Assembly (NCBI GenBank): GCA_039809385.1
Contig: JBDHUY010000001.1
Span: 64,001 to 128,000, forward strand
Direction of reading: 5' to 3'
DNA: 64,000 bases
Source: Candidatus Altimarinota bacterium
Lineage (GTDB): Bacteria > Patescibacteriota > Gracilibacteria > JBDHUY01
Part shown: piece after piece, positions 19,468 through 30,220 of the stretch
Layout of the letters: every line of letters begins with the position of its first letter
How positions within the stretch are numbered: the first letter of the stretch is position 1
The notes under the pieces: model-generated
Databases searched by the model: none
The model's input: the letters and a program-made list of their open reading frames with translations, nothing else
Told to the model about the DNA's origin: nothing
Position numbers and translations under genes: made by a program

Positions 19468-22400
19468 ATGCGTCTCTCTTTCCGGATTCGCAACGGATTC
19501 GTTACGCTTTTAGCTTTCTGTATCGGCATTTCGCTATTTTCTTCGGCCAGCGCGGCAGCACCAAAAGTCAGAGTAGCCGCAACCGAAGTACCAGCCATAG
19601 CAGTCACCGAGCAGGATATCGATAAACGTATCGCGCAGGTCGAAGCATTGCTGAAGCTTCAGGAACATAATGCGATTCTGGAAACCGAACTGGCGATGCT
19701 GCGCCATAGGCAAGGAAGTACGACCAACGAAAATAGCGCGGTCGGTTCCGTGAGAAGATCGTTCTCCGCGCTGCAATACGATCAGAATCCCCTTGAAACA
19801 GACTCGCAGCAGGACTTTGCCGGGAGTCTGGAGCTTTTGACCGGCGACAAAGCCATCGACGAGAGTCTGCAGCTGGGTTCGATCGGGATAGAGCGGGACG
19901 ATCCGGATTTGCGACTCCTGGAACAAACAAAAACAGCAATAGAACGTTATAAAACTCTCACGGGAGCATATCCGGGTCAGTTGACGGATTTCGACTATCT
20001 GGAAAACCAGTATGACCGAGAGCTATGGGTAAATGGACAATATCAAAAAATATCGTCTTTGTCTGAGAAGTTTTTATACATCACCGAGCCGGAAGGTTTT
20101 ACAAACTATTGTGCCGAATGGAAATACAAAAACCGAGATCCAAACAAGATGTGCCTCTATGCACCTGACGGTTTCGGGGCATACGATATTCCTGAATCCA
20201 AAGAACTGGGAGACGCTTCGTGCTATCCGGGTGTCGGAAAATATGCAATGTGCATCAATTTGATTATAGATAAGAAGTATGAGAAAGAAGCAAAAAATCT
20301 AATATCTGGACTGATTACCTCCGAAGAGATTACGAAATATAAAATAGAGCTGTCAGACAGCGGAAAAACATTTACCCTTGCCGATATTACCCCCTTGGAA
20401 ATCAAATCGCATCCGTGGGAGAAAATGCTGAGGGACAAAGAAGTGAAAAATTTGGATATTGCTCGACTGGTTCCTAACGATACGCTGTTTCTGCATTTTA
20501 ACCGCTGGCGCGATTTTGACAAACTGGACACGATTTTACGCGAAACGCTGGAGCCGTATAAAAGCATCGTCGGTATCGATACATCACTCTCAATCGGGGA
20601 TGCACTTAAAGAGCGATTCGGTATCGAGAATACTGCGCTGATAGAGCATCAAGAAGTGTCCGTTATCTCAGAAGATTTTGACTTTCTGCACCATAATTCA
20701 ATAGCGCTCATCATCGCACGTCCATCACCGGCAGCACCCAATACATACTCATCCGATTTTGAGACCCGAGTTGCTCCCAACATGAATCAACACAAACTTG
20801 TATCCAGGAATATCGGAGAATATACAGTTATCAGTAATTCCCAAGCGCTCCTCGATAAGATTGAAAAAACCTACGAAAATCGACAAACCAGCCTCTACGA
20901 ATCGAAAGATTTTCAATATACCCTCGCGGTTTTGGAACCCAGGAGAGAAGGTATGATCTACTTCAGCGAAAACCTGATCCGCAAACTCACCGGTCCGCAA
21001 TATCGCATCAATACCGAACGACGCAATACGGTTGTGAATGCGCTCATTCACCTCCAGTATATCGTATTCGCCTATCGTGATATTACGGGTAAATGGCCTG
21101 TATCTTTCAATCAGATTGCCCAAGAGAGATACATGCGACTTGAGGGCATAAAAAACGTCGAACAATATAGTATCTTGGAAAACGGGATGGTCGAAAACGC
21201 TATATGGGGCAGCCTCTATAACCTGAAGCCGGTCGAGAGCGTAGCCATGGGTAGCATTACAAGTTCCGAGAAACATCGCTACGAGAATTTTCGGGACGGC
21301 TACGAACGCTACTGGCGGGAGTTTATCGATCCTGTCGGTATCGGCCTGACACTGGGCGACCAGATCATGCTGCATACGATCATTCTGCCATTAATCGATG
21401 AAAGCCAATATAACTGGATCAAAGACGTTTTCGGCGGAGAACCGATCGAGTTTGATTTCGTAAAGAGCCCCGACCGTAGCGCGGCACTTCAATTTATCGG
21501 AAAATGGGATTTTGATCAGGTGCTTTATTCAATGGAGATCAACAACGAAAAGGTTCGTCATTCTGATCTGAATGATGAGATCAGAATGTCAGACGTAAAC
21601 AGAATACAAGACTTCGTAAGGTATTTTATTAACGCAAACAATAGCATTCCGGCATGTAAGAATCATACTCGGTATTGTACTTTCTCAAATAATGCTGATG
21701 GCATTGAAAATGACGACTATACGAGTCTAAAACTAGAAAAGACTATTCTTGATCCTGAAGATAACCTACCCTATTGGTATGCTCCCTTAGAAGGTACAGA
21801 CTATATAATCTTTGCCCAGAGAAACAGCACAAACAAAGGGGTTTCTATTCATAACGGGTTCATACTGGTCGGAAAAAGTAATGGGAATATGGAAAAGATA
21901 TTTGACTCTTTGAATGTCGTAAAACGCACCCGAAAACTAATAGTAGAGCTTTCTGAAAGCGAAAAACGCGCCAAAATCATTCAGCACTCAAAGGATATGA
22001 TAAAAAAAGAGCTGGGAATCACCGGGGAGAGCGACATTCTGGATTTCATGAACAACGAAATCATGGTCGGGATTGGCGAGAAAAACGAATTTGAAATCGA
22101 AAATATCCAGAATCTGGACCTCTGGATCGGCGTGGAATTGAAAGATACGCAAAAGGCCAAAGATTTCATGACCGCGGTGTGGCGCAAATTCAGTAGTGAG
22201 CGCAGCGGACGGAACGCTTTAGACCCCCTGTCGGCCGTTACACCCCTCTCTCCGTTCAGTTTATTCAGCGTGAATACCGACAGCCCGCTTAAGAATGTGT
22301 ACAACAATACCGAGTATTACATTCTTCCCACGGGTTTCGTGAACCTGTATTACTTCTATCTGAACAACCGCATGTATATCACCCTCAGTCAGGCCACGAT

Positions 22401-23142
22401 GAACCGGATCATCGACGACAGTGTAACCGGGAAAAATGCCTCTTTCCCGGTACCATTGCGCCGTTCGCTGGACTATGTCGGAGACAAACACAACATCATG
22501 GCTCTGGCCGACCTGTCCAATTTACAATTATGGACTGAGCAGTTTCTGTCTGAAAGCGACTACTGGCTGTATGAACGTTTCATGAACCATAAAGCTTATT
22601 TTAACGAAGTTCTGACGCTGGCAAAGATACTGCCCGGGTCAGCAGGAAATGCAGAGAATACCGCAACATACTTCAAACATATTCCTACCGCGCTGCTTTC
22701 GGGAACGTACGAAATCAAAGATGATCAGGTTTCTCTCTCTACAGAAGGAAAAAGTTATCCAATCGATACCATACGTCCTTTGCGTTCCTACTACCACACC
22801 CAGCCAGTACCGCCAGGAAGCGATATCGATTTCGACGAGATCGCCGACTCACTCAAAAAGAATTATCGTCCTGGTGAGCAGCTTCAAAAACTCGGCACGT
22901 TCGCGGTCGGATTCGGATTTTTGGAAGACGGATTGAATATCCGCCTCGCCCTGAGTAATCCAGAGCAAACCGAAGCGGATCAGCGTTTTGGCGCGGGAAA
23001 TACGGGTACCTCCAACCCGATCGTTTCGGCGGCTACCTCCATGAATATTACCCAAAAGATCGGGATCGTTCTGATCGTACTGGTATTAGCGCTAATCGTG
23101 GTGATCGTGCTCAGGAAGTACCAGTATCGGGAGAAGAAGTAA
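19468..23142 (+). CDS. large secreted, membrane-anchored hypothetical protein with pilin-like internal segments
   Basis: 1224 aa, N-terminal signal, C-terminal TM plus basic tail. Confidence 0.8.
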   Translation: MRLSFRIRNGFVTLLAFCIGISLFSSASAAAPKVRVAATEVPAIAVTEQDIDKRIAQVEALLKLQEHNAILETELAMLRHRQGSTTNENSAVGSVRRSFSALQYDQNPLETDSQQDFAGSLELLTGDKAIDESLQLGSIGIERDDPDLRLLEQTKTAIERYKTLTGAYPGQLTDFDYLENQYDRELWVNGQYQKISSLSEKFLYITEPEGFTNYCAEWKYKNRDPNKMCLYAPDGFGAYDIPESKELGDASCYPGVGKYAMCINLIIDKKYEKEAKNLISGLITSEEITKYKIELSDSGKTFTLADITPLEIKSHPWEKMLRDKEVKNLDIARLVPNDTLFLHFNRWRDFDKLDTILRETLEPYKSIVGIDTSLSIGDALKERFGIENTALIEHQEVSVISEDFDFLHHNSIALIIARPSPAAPNTYSSDFETRVAPNMNQHKLVSRNIGEYTVISNSQALLDKIEKTYENRQTSLYESKDFQYTLAVLEPRREGMIYFSENLIRKLTGPQYRINTERRNTVVNALIHLQYIVFAYRDITGKWPVSFNQIAQERYMRLEGIKNVEQYSILENGMVENAIWGSLYNLKPVESVAMGSITSSEKHRYENFRDGYERYWREFIDPVGIGLTLGDQIMLHTIILPLIDESQYNWIKDVFGGEPIEFDFVKSPDRSAALQFIGKWDFDQVLYSMEINNEKVRHSDLNDEIRMSDVNRIQDFVRYFINANNSIPACKNHTRYCTFSNNADGIENDDYTSLKLEKTILDPEDNLPYWYAPLEGTDYIIFAQRNSTNKGVSIHNGFILVGKSNGNMEKIFDSLNVVKRTRKLIVELSESEKRAKIIQHSKDMIKKELGITGESDILDFMNNEIMVGIGEKNEFEIENIQNLDLWIGVELKDTQKAKDFMTAVWRKFSSERSGRNALDPLSAVTPLSPFSLFSVNTDSPLKNVYNNTEYYILPTGFVNLYYFYLNNRMYITLSQATMNRIIDDSVTGKNASFPVPLRRSLDYVGDKHNIMALADLSNLQLWTEQFLSESDYWLYERFMNHKAYFNEVLTLAKILPGSAGNAENTATYFKHIPTALLSGTYEIKDDQVSLSTEGKSYPIDTIRPLRSYYHTQPVPPGSDIDFDEIADSLKKNYRPGEQLQKLGTFAVGFGFLEDGLNIRLALSNPEQTEADQRFGAGNTGTSNPIVSAATSMNITQKIGIVLIVLVLALIVVIVLRKYQYREKK

Positions 23143-23157
23143 TAGAACTATCCAGAG

Positions 23158-24585
23158 TTATGCCTGCAATAATTTCAACAAAATTTCATTCACCACGCCC
23201 GGATTCACCTTGCCACCGGATTTTTTCATAACCGCGCCGACCAGCGCACCGAAGACCTTGGTTTTCCCAGCGCGGTAGTCGGCCACGACGCTTTCGTTTT
23301 CGGCCAGAACCTCCCGGCATACAACCTCGATCGCTCCGGTATCGTTCACCTGCTTCACTCCCAAACGAGTGACGACCTCCCCCACCGTGCCTCCATGCAG
23401 GTACAGTTCTTCCAGCACGGTTTTCAAAGCGCTCATCGACAAATCGCCGGCATTGACCAACCGGATCAATTCGGCGATCTGTTCGGGTGAAATCGAGATA
23501 TCCGCAATAGTTTTATGGTCTTTGTTTACATGAGCCAATAGAGCGCTCAAGATCACATTGGCAGCTTTCGCGGCATCGTTCGTCACTGCCACCACTTGCT
23601 CGAAGAAATCGGACAACGCCATATCGGCCGTCAGAGTACGGGCATCGTCTTCTTTGAGCCCCAACTCCGACACATAGCGCTGTCGTTTGGCAGTAGGAAG
23701 CTCGGGGAGTTCGCGCCTGATCTGTTCGATCATATCCGGTGTTACCGTAATGGGCGGTAAGTCCGGCTCGGGAAAATAGCGATAATCGTGCGCTTCCTCT
23801 TTGCTGCGCTGGGAAACCGAGATCCCCTGATCGTCGTCCCAGCCGCGCGTTTCTTGTACGATTTTTTCTCCGTCGCGCAATCGTTCGGCCTGCCGTTTCA
23901 TTTCATAGGAGATCGCCCGTTCGACCGCCGAAAAAGAGTTCATGTTCTTCAATTCGACCTTCGTCCCGAATTCGGCCTGTCCGACGGGACGCAGCGAAAT
24001 ATTCACATCGCAGCGCATTTCGCCTTTCTCCATATCGGCATTCCCGGCTCCTACGTAGCGGGCAATCTGCTGGAATTCTTTCAGAAACGCCGAAACTTCT
24101 TCTTTGGAACGAAAATCGGGCTCGGTTACCATTTCGGCCAGCGGCGCGCCGGCACGGTTTAGATCGACGAATGTTTTTCCGTGTTCGTGTACAAGTTTCC
24201 CGGCGTCTTCTTCCAAATGCAACCGATGAATACGAATAGCTTTCGATTTCCCATCGATGACGAGATTTACCAATCCGCCCAAGGAAATCGGCTGATCATA
24301 CTGAGAGATCTGATACCCTTTGGGCAAATCGGGATAGAAATAATTTTTTCGGTCGAATTTGCTGAACGGCTGAATCGTTCCGCCCAGTGCCAGCGAAAGG
24401 CGTATACCGGCACGAATGGCGGCGGCGTTTACCACCGGCAACGTACCGGGAAATCCCATACATACGGGACAGACTGCCATGTTCGGTTCGGCACCAAATA
24501 CCTGGTTATCGCACGCGCAAAACATTTTGCTCGCGGTTTTTAATTTGAGATGAATTTCCAGACCGATCACCGTTTCGAAGTCCAT
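23158..24585 (-). CDS. gatB: Asp/Glu-tRNA amidotransferase subunit B
   Basis: IGLEIH, FDRKNYFYPDLPKGYQISQ, HLEEDAGK, YRYFPEPDL. Confidence 0.97.
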   Translation of the reverse strand: MDFETVIGLEIHLKLKTASKMFCACDNQVFGAEPNMAVCPVCMGFPGTLPVVNAAAIRAGIRLSLALGGTIQPFSKFDRKNYFYPDLPKGYQISQYDQPISLGGLVNLVIDGKSKAIRIHRLHLEEDAGKLVHEHGKTFVDLNRAGAPLAEMVTEPDFRSKEEVSAFLKEFQQIARYVGAGNADMEKGEMRCDVNISLRPVGQAEFGTKVELKNMNSFSAVERAISYEMKRQAERLRDGEKIVQETRGWDDDQGISVSQRSKEEAHDYRYFPEPDLPPITVTPDMIEQIRRELPELPTAKRQRYVSELGLKEDDARTLTADMALSDFFEQVVAVTNDAAKAANVILSALLAHVNKDHKTIADISISPEQIAELIRLVNAGDLSMSALKTVLEELYLHGGTVGEVVTRLGVKQVNDTGAIEVVCREVLAENESVVADYRAGKTKVFGALVGAVMKKSGGKVNPGVVNEILLKLLQA

Positions 24586-24807
24586 AAAATATTCGTTACT
24601 GAATATGAGGAATATTAATATTTTCTATGCCAATGAAATGCAGCTTCCCAAAACTCAAAATCGACATACCAAAGTTCAAACGATCTTGCTCACAAAAGGA
24701 TTGTAGAAGAGTTTTTCTCAAAATTAAAGATTATTTTAGGTTTGGGTCTTGTTTTCAAAATAACCAGAGGTTATGATCGAGCCATACAATATTCAATCAC
24801 AGCATCT

Positions 24808-25047
24808 ATGACTACCGAAAAAGAAAGGTTCGAAGTTTTAATGGAGCAGGTAATGGATATGTTCAAGGCCTTGGCTGAAGGACAAGATGCTATGAGTGAT
24901 CGGCTGGAGCGAGTTGAACAAAGACTCGAAAGATTGGAAAAAATCTATACCAAGATCTTACCTATGGAGTTGACCATTCAAGAACATTCGCACATCTTGA
25001 TTGACCATAGGAAAAAACTGAGATTTCTTGAGAAAAAAGCAGTCTAA
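24808..25047 (+). CDS. small coiled-coil hypothetical protein
   Basis: MTTEKERFEVLMEQV...RLERVEQRLERLEK. Confidence 0.6.
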   Translation: MTTEKERFEVLMEQVMDMFKALAEGQDAMSDRLERVEQRLERLEKIYTKILPMELTIQEHSHILIDHRKKLRFLEKKAV

Positions 25048-25454
25048 ATTGGAATCCCCATTTCCCGTAAAAAGCGCTCTGTCATATTGCGAATTTTCCG
25101 CGACTCGTCGACAGAAACCATGGCATTGATTTCATGGGCAATCTGGTTCCGTTTTTTATGGATAAACCACAGATCGTCGACCGCGAGTCGTTTTTCGCGC
25201 GCTAATTTCTTCGTTTTTACCGCAAAATTGCCCTTGTAGCCGGAGCGGCTCAAGACCTGATCGATCAGTTTATCCATTTCCAGCACCTGCAAGCGGAAGT
25301 CATCCATTGCCGTGATCTGCTTCCAGGATTTTTGCACAAAATCGACCAGTACCCGTTTTTTGTTCCTCGTATAACGCCAGATGGCCACCAGAAGAACAAT
25401 GTCGAAAAGAACGAATCCGACGATCGCCACAATAACAATGACGGACCAATTCAT
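25044..25454 (-). CDS. membrane-anchored hypothetical protein
   Basis: N-terminal TM; EMDKLIDQVL...KKRNQIAHE. Confidence 0.75.
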   Translation of the reverse strand: MNWSVIVIVAIVGFVLFDIVLLVAIWRYTRNKKRVLVDFVQKSWKQITAMDDFRLQVLEMDKLIDQVLSRSGYKGNFAVKTKKLAREKRLAVDDLWFIHKKRNQIAHEINAMVSVDESRKIRNMTERFLREMGIPI

Positions 25455-25542
25455 AAAAAGATAGGAGACGAAATGATCAGCTATGTATTACAACAAGTTT
25501 CTACTAATTTCCATAAGTCTCAATAAGTATAGAATCTTCTCC

Positions 25543-26142
25543 CTACTCATCCACCGGCACCGACACGCCATGTTTTTCAATATGCCGCTTGATAATACCG
25601 GTCAGAATATCTTTGAGGGCTTCCTCATCCTGAAATTTCTGCGACGAATTCAGCTTTTCCTGAATCGTGGCAATATCGCTGGCGGCCTGTTTAGGATTGA
25701 CAATGCTCACGATACTATCAACGCCTCCGGCCTGCTGAATGTGTAACGTTCCATAATTGAGCAGGGACTGAAAAACACCGTTATACGAATGACTCACCTG
25801 TTCGATACGGGCATACTCGCTGCGCTGGGCGGAACGTTTGAAAAAACCGTCCCAGCGGATATCCAGGATCGCCATATTGGTCAATATCCACACATCCAGA
25901 TACCAGTTGAAAAAAGCGTAAAAGAATTTGGCCACCGCGTAGAGAGCGAAAAGGAAGAAAAGCCCAAAAATGAATGGATACGGAAATACAAAATAGACTG
26001 TACCCGGAATAATCACAAAGAAAAAAAGAATTCTCAGAGAACGCTTTAGGATCGCCATCCAGTGGCGATGAATCGTAGTAATGATTTCCTCCCCTTCTTC
26101 CAGGTACCCCCGGAAAAAGCGCTGTGATATCTTTTGAAGCAT
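25543..26142 (-). CDS. membrane protein with bacterial PH (bPH_2-like) domain
   Basis: HRHW, 2 TM, WYLDVWILTN, LLNYGTLHIQ. Confidence 0.8.
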   Translation of the reverse strand: MLQKISQRFFRGYLEEGEEIITTIHRHWMAILKRSLRILFFFVIIPGTVYFVFPYPFIFGLFFLFALYAVAKFFYAFFNWYLDVWILTNMAILDIRWDGFFKRSAQRSEYARIEQVSHSYNGVFQSLLNYGTLHIQQAGGVDSIVSIVNPKQAASDIATIQEKLNSSQKFQDEEALKDILTGIIKRHIEKHGVSVPVDE

Positions 26143-26199
26143 AAAAAAACATTGCGTCTTCAGCATAGGGAAGAGCATGAGGTTGTGCAAGATGAATCA

Positions 26200-26290
26200 C
26201 AAAGTTCAAATGCCAAAGCACAAAACCAAAACGATTCTCAAAAATCTGTGCTACAAGATTTGATATTTGGATTTTGAACTTTGATATTTT
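26200..26290. repeat. inverted pair of 7-mer tandem arrays
   Basis: caaagttcaaatgccaaagcacaaaaccaaa ... atttgatatttggattttgaactttgatatttt. Confidence 0.6.
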
Positions 26291-26317
26291 GTTTTATACC
26301 CTTTGGAATGTCGCATT

Positions 26318-27424
26318 TCAAAGGACACATTCTTTCAGCGACTTCGGCGTCTTGCACAGAGATATCGCGCCCTTATCCGTAACAAGACACGTATCTTCGA
26401 TCCGAAATCCGATTTTTCCCGGATAGTAGATGCCCGGTTCTACCGTAACGATCATATTGGGTTGCCAAATATCCCGATTTTTTGTTGAAAGAAACGGCAG
26501 CTCGTGAACATCCAGACCGACGCCATGCCCCAAGGAATGCATCAGATTTTTCAAAGGAAACCGCGTCGCGTACAATGCCTCGAATTCGCGCATCGTCTCG
26601 TCAATGCTCCTCCCTGGCTGAATCATTTTTATTGTTCTCCGTTGAATGTGCAATAATTGCTCATACATGATCTGCCACTCGGGACGAGGTTTACCGAAAA
26701 ATAGAACTCGGGTCATATCGCTCTGATATCCGTCATACTCCACCCCGATATCAAACAGGATCACATCACCTGTTTGCAACTTCCGCGATCCGGTCAGCAT
26801 ATAGTGAGGATAGGAAGCTCCGTCGTTCAGGGCGATAATGGGATCGAACGAAAGTTTTAAAACACCTTTGCGCGCGGCTAGGGTGCGAAACAAACGCTGC
26901 AGATCAAGCTCGGTCATACCCCCAGTTATTTCTTCCTTCATCTGCTCGAATATCCGGTCAGTTAGCGCACAGGCTTTTTTTATTTTTACGATTTCGTCAC
27001 GCGACTTGATCAGACGACTTTGTTCGGCAAAACCCGCCAGGGGTACAAATTCTCTTTTTTGACTTCCTTTGAGCGTTGAAAGATTCTTTTTAAGAACCGT
27101 CAGAACAGGATTGTCGATATGCGCCGCTTCGAAGCCAATACGACTTGCTTTCTGCTGGTCGAGCATTGTAGAAATTTCCGCAAAACCGGGACCGAACGGT
27201 CGGACCAGAAGATTCCGCATGCGTTTCTTAGCTAGTTCGATATAACGCCCGTCCAGAAACAGACAGGTAGCTTTGGGCGTGATCAAAAAAATGCCTTCGG
27301 ACGAATCAAATCCGGTCAGATAAAAACGGTTCTTCTGAGCGCGGATCAGCACCGCATCGAGTTTTTTTTCACGCAGCATTTTGCGCAAAAAAGCCAATTT
27401 AGTGCTTATATCAGCTATTTTCAT
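26318..27424 (-). CDS. Xaa-Pro aminopeptidase (M24B)
   Basis: DIGVEYDGYQSDMTR, HSLGHGVGLDVHE, TVEPGIY, RIED. Confidence 0.93.
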   Translation of the reverse strand: MKIADISTKLAFLRKMLREKKLDAVLIRAQKNRFYLTGFDSSEGIFLITPKATCLFLDGRYIELAKKRMRNLLVRPFGPGFAEISTMLDQQKASRIGFEAAHIDNPVLTVLKKNLSTLKGSQKREFVPLAGFAEQSRLIKSRDEIVKIKKACALTDRIFEQMKEEITGGMTELDLQRLFRTLAARKGVLKLSFDPIIALNDGASYPHYMLTGSRKLQTGDVILFDIGVEYDGYQSDMTRVLFFGKPRPEWQIMYEQLLHIQRRTIKMIQPGRSIDETMREFEALYATRFPLKNLMHSLGHGVGLDVHELPFLSTKNRDIWQPNMIVTVEPGIYYPGKIGFRIEDTCLVTDKGAISLCKTPKSLKECVL

Positions 27425-27630
27425 ACTAAGAATAAGTAAGGGGAATGAAAAATGGAAGGAATCTAAATCGGTTTGTATCCTCACGCCGTATAGAACTAAC
27501 GGTATAATGAAACGCAAAAAGATTATCCTTCCTTCTTATATTGTTTTTGATTTTTGTCCTTCACCCTCCGATTGCATTCATGCTTCGTCATTGGTACTTC
27601 GCACCTCCTCGTCCGTGTCTTCGAGGCTCA

Positions 27631-27673
27631 CACCCCGTCTCGCTCTGCAATCCACCCCTCTCAAGAGGGGATT
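27631..27673. repeat. REP-like palindrome
   Basis: caccccgtctcgctctgcaatccaCCCCTCTcaAGAGGGGatt; partial copy caccctctcaagag at about 11031. Confidence 0.5.
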
Positions 27674-27685
27674 TACCTAGATTCT

Positions 27686-28126
<441 letters not shown>

Positions 28127-28191
28127 AGAAAGAAATAGCAAATATCACATGGTTCTCTTTGTAGTGAAATTTGGTTATAAAACGTATGTAC

Positions 28192-28340
28192 GAGACTCTT
28201 CCTCTTCGCTATCGCTCAGAGTCAGAGTGACCGCAGAAGGACAACCAATTTCCATAAATTTCTAAGAATTTCCCTATCTCCCTGATTGCTGGCCACTGTT
28301 CGCTGACCGCCAACAGGCAGACACGTAGGTCTGCCTCTAC
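28192..28340 (-). repeat. composite repeat stack (GTAG REP, CAGC 7-mers, GAAATT 9-mers, GTCAC REP)
   Basis: Reverse complement aligns with 63445-63607. Confidence 0.75.
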
Positions 28341-30097
28341 GAGCGACTTCCCTCTTCCTCCACCGCGCTCTGCTGACGCCATAAGGCGTAATAGAGACCG
28401 CGTTGCTCCAGAAGCGCGTCATGGTTGCCCTGTTCGATAAGTTTGCCTTTTTCCAGCACAAAAATCTTCTGGGCATGAACCACGGTTGACAAACGGTGTG
28501 CTACCATAACAGTCATGAGCTGGGGGTGCATTTTATTGATTTCCCGGATAGTTTGAGTGATATCCCTTTCCGTCAGAGAATCCAGACTGCTGGTCGCTTC
28601 GTCGAAGATGATCAGCTCGGGCTGGCGTAGCAAAGCGCGGGCAATCGCCAGACGCTGGCGTTCACCGCCAGATATTTTGATCCCGCCTTCTCCGATCTTC
28701 GTATCCAATCCTTTCCCACCACGTTCGATGATCGGCAAAGCGGAAGCGGCTTTCAGCACTTTCAAACAATCTTCGTCACTCGCATCGGGTCGTACGAAAA
28801 GCAGGTTTTCGCGGATGGTCCCGGCAAACAACTGAGTCTCTTGCGAGACAAACCCTATTTTTTTGCGAAAATCGGCATAATCGATTTCAAGACTGTCGAT
28901 ATCATTTACGGCCAATTTCCCGGCCGTAGGCTGATACAAACCGACCAGCAATTTGACCAGCGTGGTTTTTCCGCTTCCGCTGGGTCCGACAAAGGCAACG
29001 GTTTCGCCTCCTTTAATTGCCAGAGTAATTCCCGAAACCGCCGGACGTTCGATTCCCTCGTAAGAGAAGTCTACATTTTGAAACGTAATCTCGGAAAGAG
29101 TCTCGATTTTTTTGGCATTCACGGGCAGCTTCTCTGGTTCAATGGAGAGAATCTTGTCTAACTGTTCGAGACTGGCGCGGGTTTCCTGATACTGATTGGC
29201 AATATTTCCAAATTCGGATAGCGGAGTAAAAATAAAGAAGGAATACACATAGAGACTGAAAAATTCTCCAAATGTAATAGATCCCTGAAAAATCAGCCAG
29301 AGCATCAATAAGAGTAACAGTGACCGCATCGCGTTGATCGTGGTACCCTGGATAAAACTCAAAATCCGGATCATGCGCAGTTTTTTCAGCTCCAGAGACA
29401 GAATTTTTTCATTCACGTCGTTCAGATGGTTGATCTCTTGTTTTTCGAGTCCCAGACTTTTTACCAGTTCAACGTTACGCAAGGTTTCGGTAGTCGATCC
29501 GGCCAATTCGGCCGTCTGTACCACGATCGTGCGCTGGGCCGCTTTAATCCGGCGACTGATCATAAAGGTACTGACACCCAGAATCGGAATGATCAGAGTA
29601 TAGACCAGGCCCACAATCCAGTTCACCAGAAATGCATAAACGAGCACAAACAGTATTCCAACCAGTGACAGAAAGATGCTGTTGACGAAGTTGGAGATCA
29701 GCATCTGCGAATCGTTGCGGGCTTTCTGCAGTTTTTGCAAAAGTTCTCCGGAACGCTGGTCTTCGAACACGCTATAGGAAAGAGAGAAGGCGTGTTTGAT
29801 ACTGTCCTGATAGAGCTGGGCGCCGACCCGCTGGCTCATACTATTGACGAAATAGTCTTGAAAATTCTTGGCGACGCGAGAGACGAAGGCTACGCCCACC
29901 GAAGCCAGGAGCAACAGCAAAATGCCGGTCAGGTACTCCTGCTGGGTCAGCTGGTCGAACCGGCTGGCATAATTGTCGACGATGATCCGGAAGATCTGCG
30001 GATCGAGCAAGGAAAAGACCTGATTGATCGCAGCCAAAATCAATGCCCCGACGAGCATCCCTCTGTGTCGTTTGATGTAGCCCAGTAACAATTGCAT
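28337..30097 (-). CDS. ABC exporter, fused permease/ATPase
   Basis: TMD plus GPSGSGKTT, ISGGERQR, DEATS, AHRLST. Confidence 0.95.
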   Translation of the reverse strand: MQLLLGYIKRHRGMLVGALILAAINQVFSLLDPQIFRIIVDNYASRFDQLTQQEYLTGILLLLLASVGVAFVSRVAKNFQDYFVNSMSQRVGAQLYQDSIKHAFSLSYSVFEDQRSGELLQKLQKARNDSQMLISNFVNSIFLSLVGILFVLVYAFLVNWIVGLVYTLIIPILGVSTFMISRRIKAAQRTIVVQTAELAGSTTETLRNVELVKSLGLEKQEINHLNDVNEKILSLELKKLRMIRILSFIQGTTINAMRSLLLLLMLWLIFQGSITFGEFFSLYVYSFFIFTPLSEFGNIANQYQETRASLEQLDKILSIEPEKLPVNAKKIETLSEITFQNVDFSYEGIERPAVSGITLAIKGGETVAFVGPSGSGKTTLVKLLVGLYQPTAGKLAVNDIDSLEIDYADFRKKIGFVSQETQLFAGTIRENLLFVRPDASDEDCLKVLKAASALPIIERGGKGLDTKIGEGGIKISGGERQRLAIARALLRQPELIIFDEATSSLDSLTERDITQTIREINKMHPQLMTVMVAHRLSTVVHAQKIFVLEKGKLIEQGNHDALLEQRGLYYALWRQQSAVEEEGSRS

Positions 30098-30220
30098 AGG
30101 ATAAATGTAAAAAGAAAAATAAGAGCAACGCACACGATTATACTCGATCCAAAGGGGGGCGACAATGCCGAACTTTTTTCGGCTTGATTTCACCAAAATT
30201 CAGTATACAATACGTGCCTG

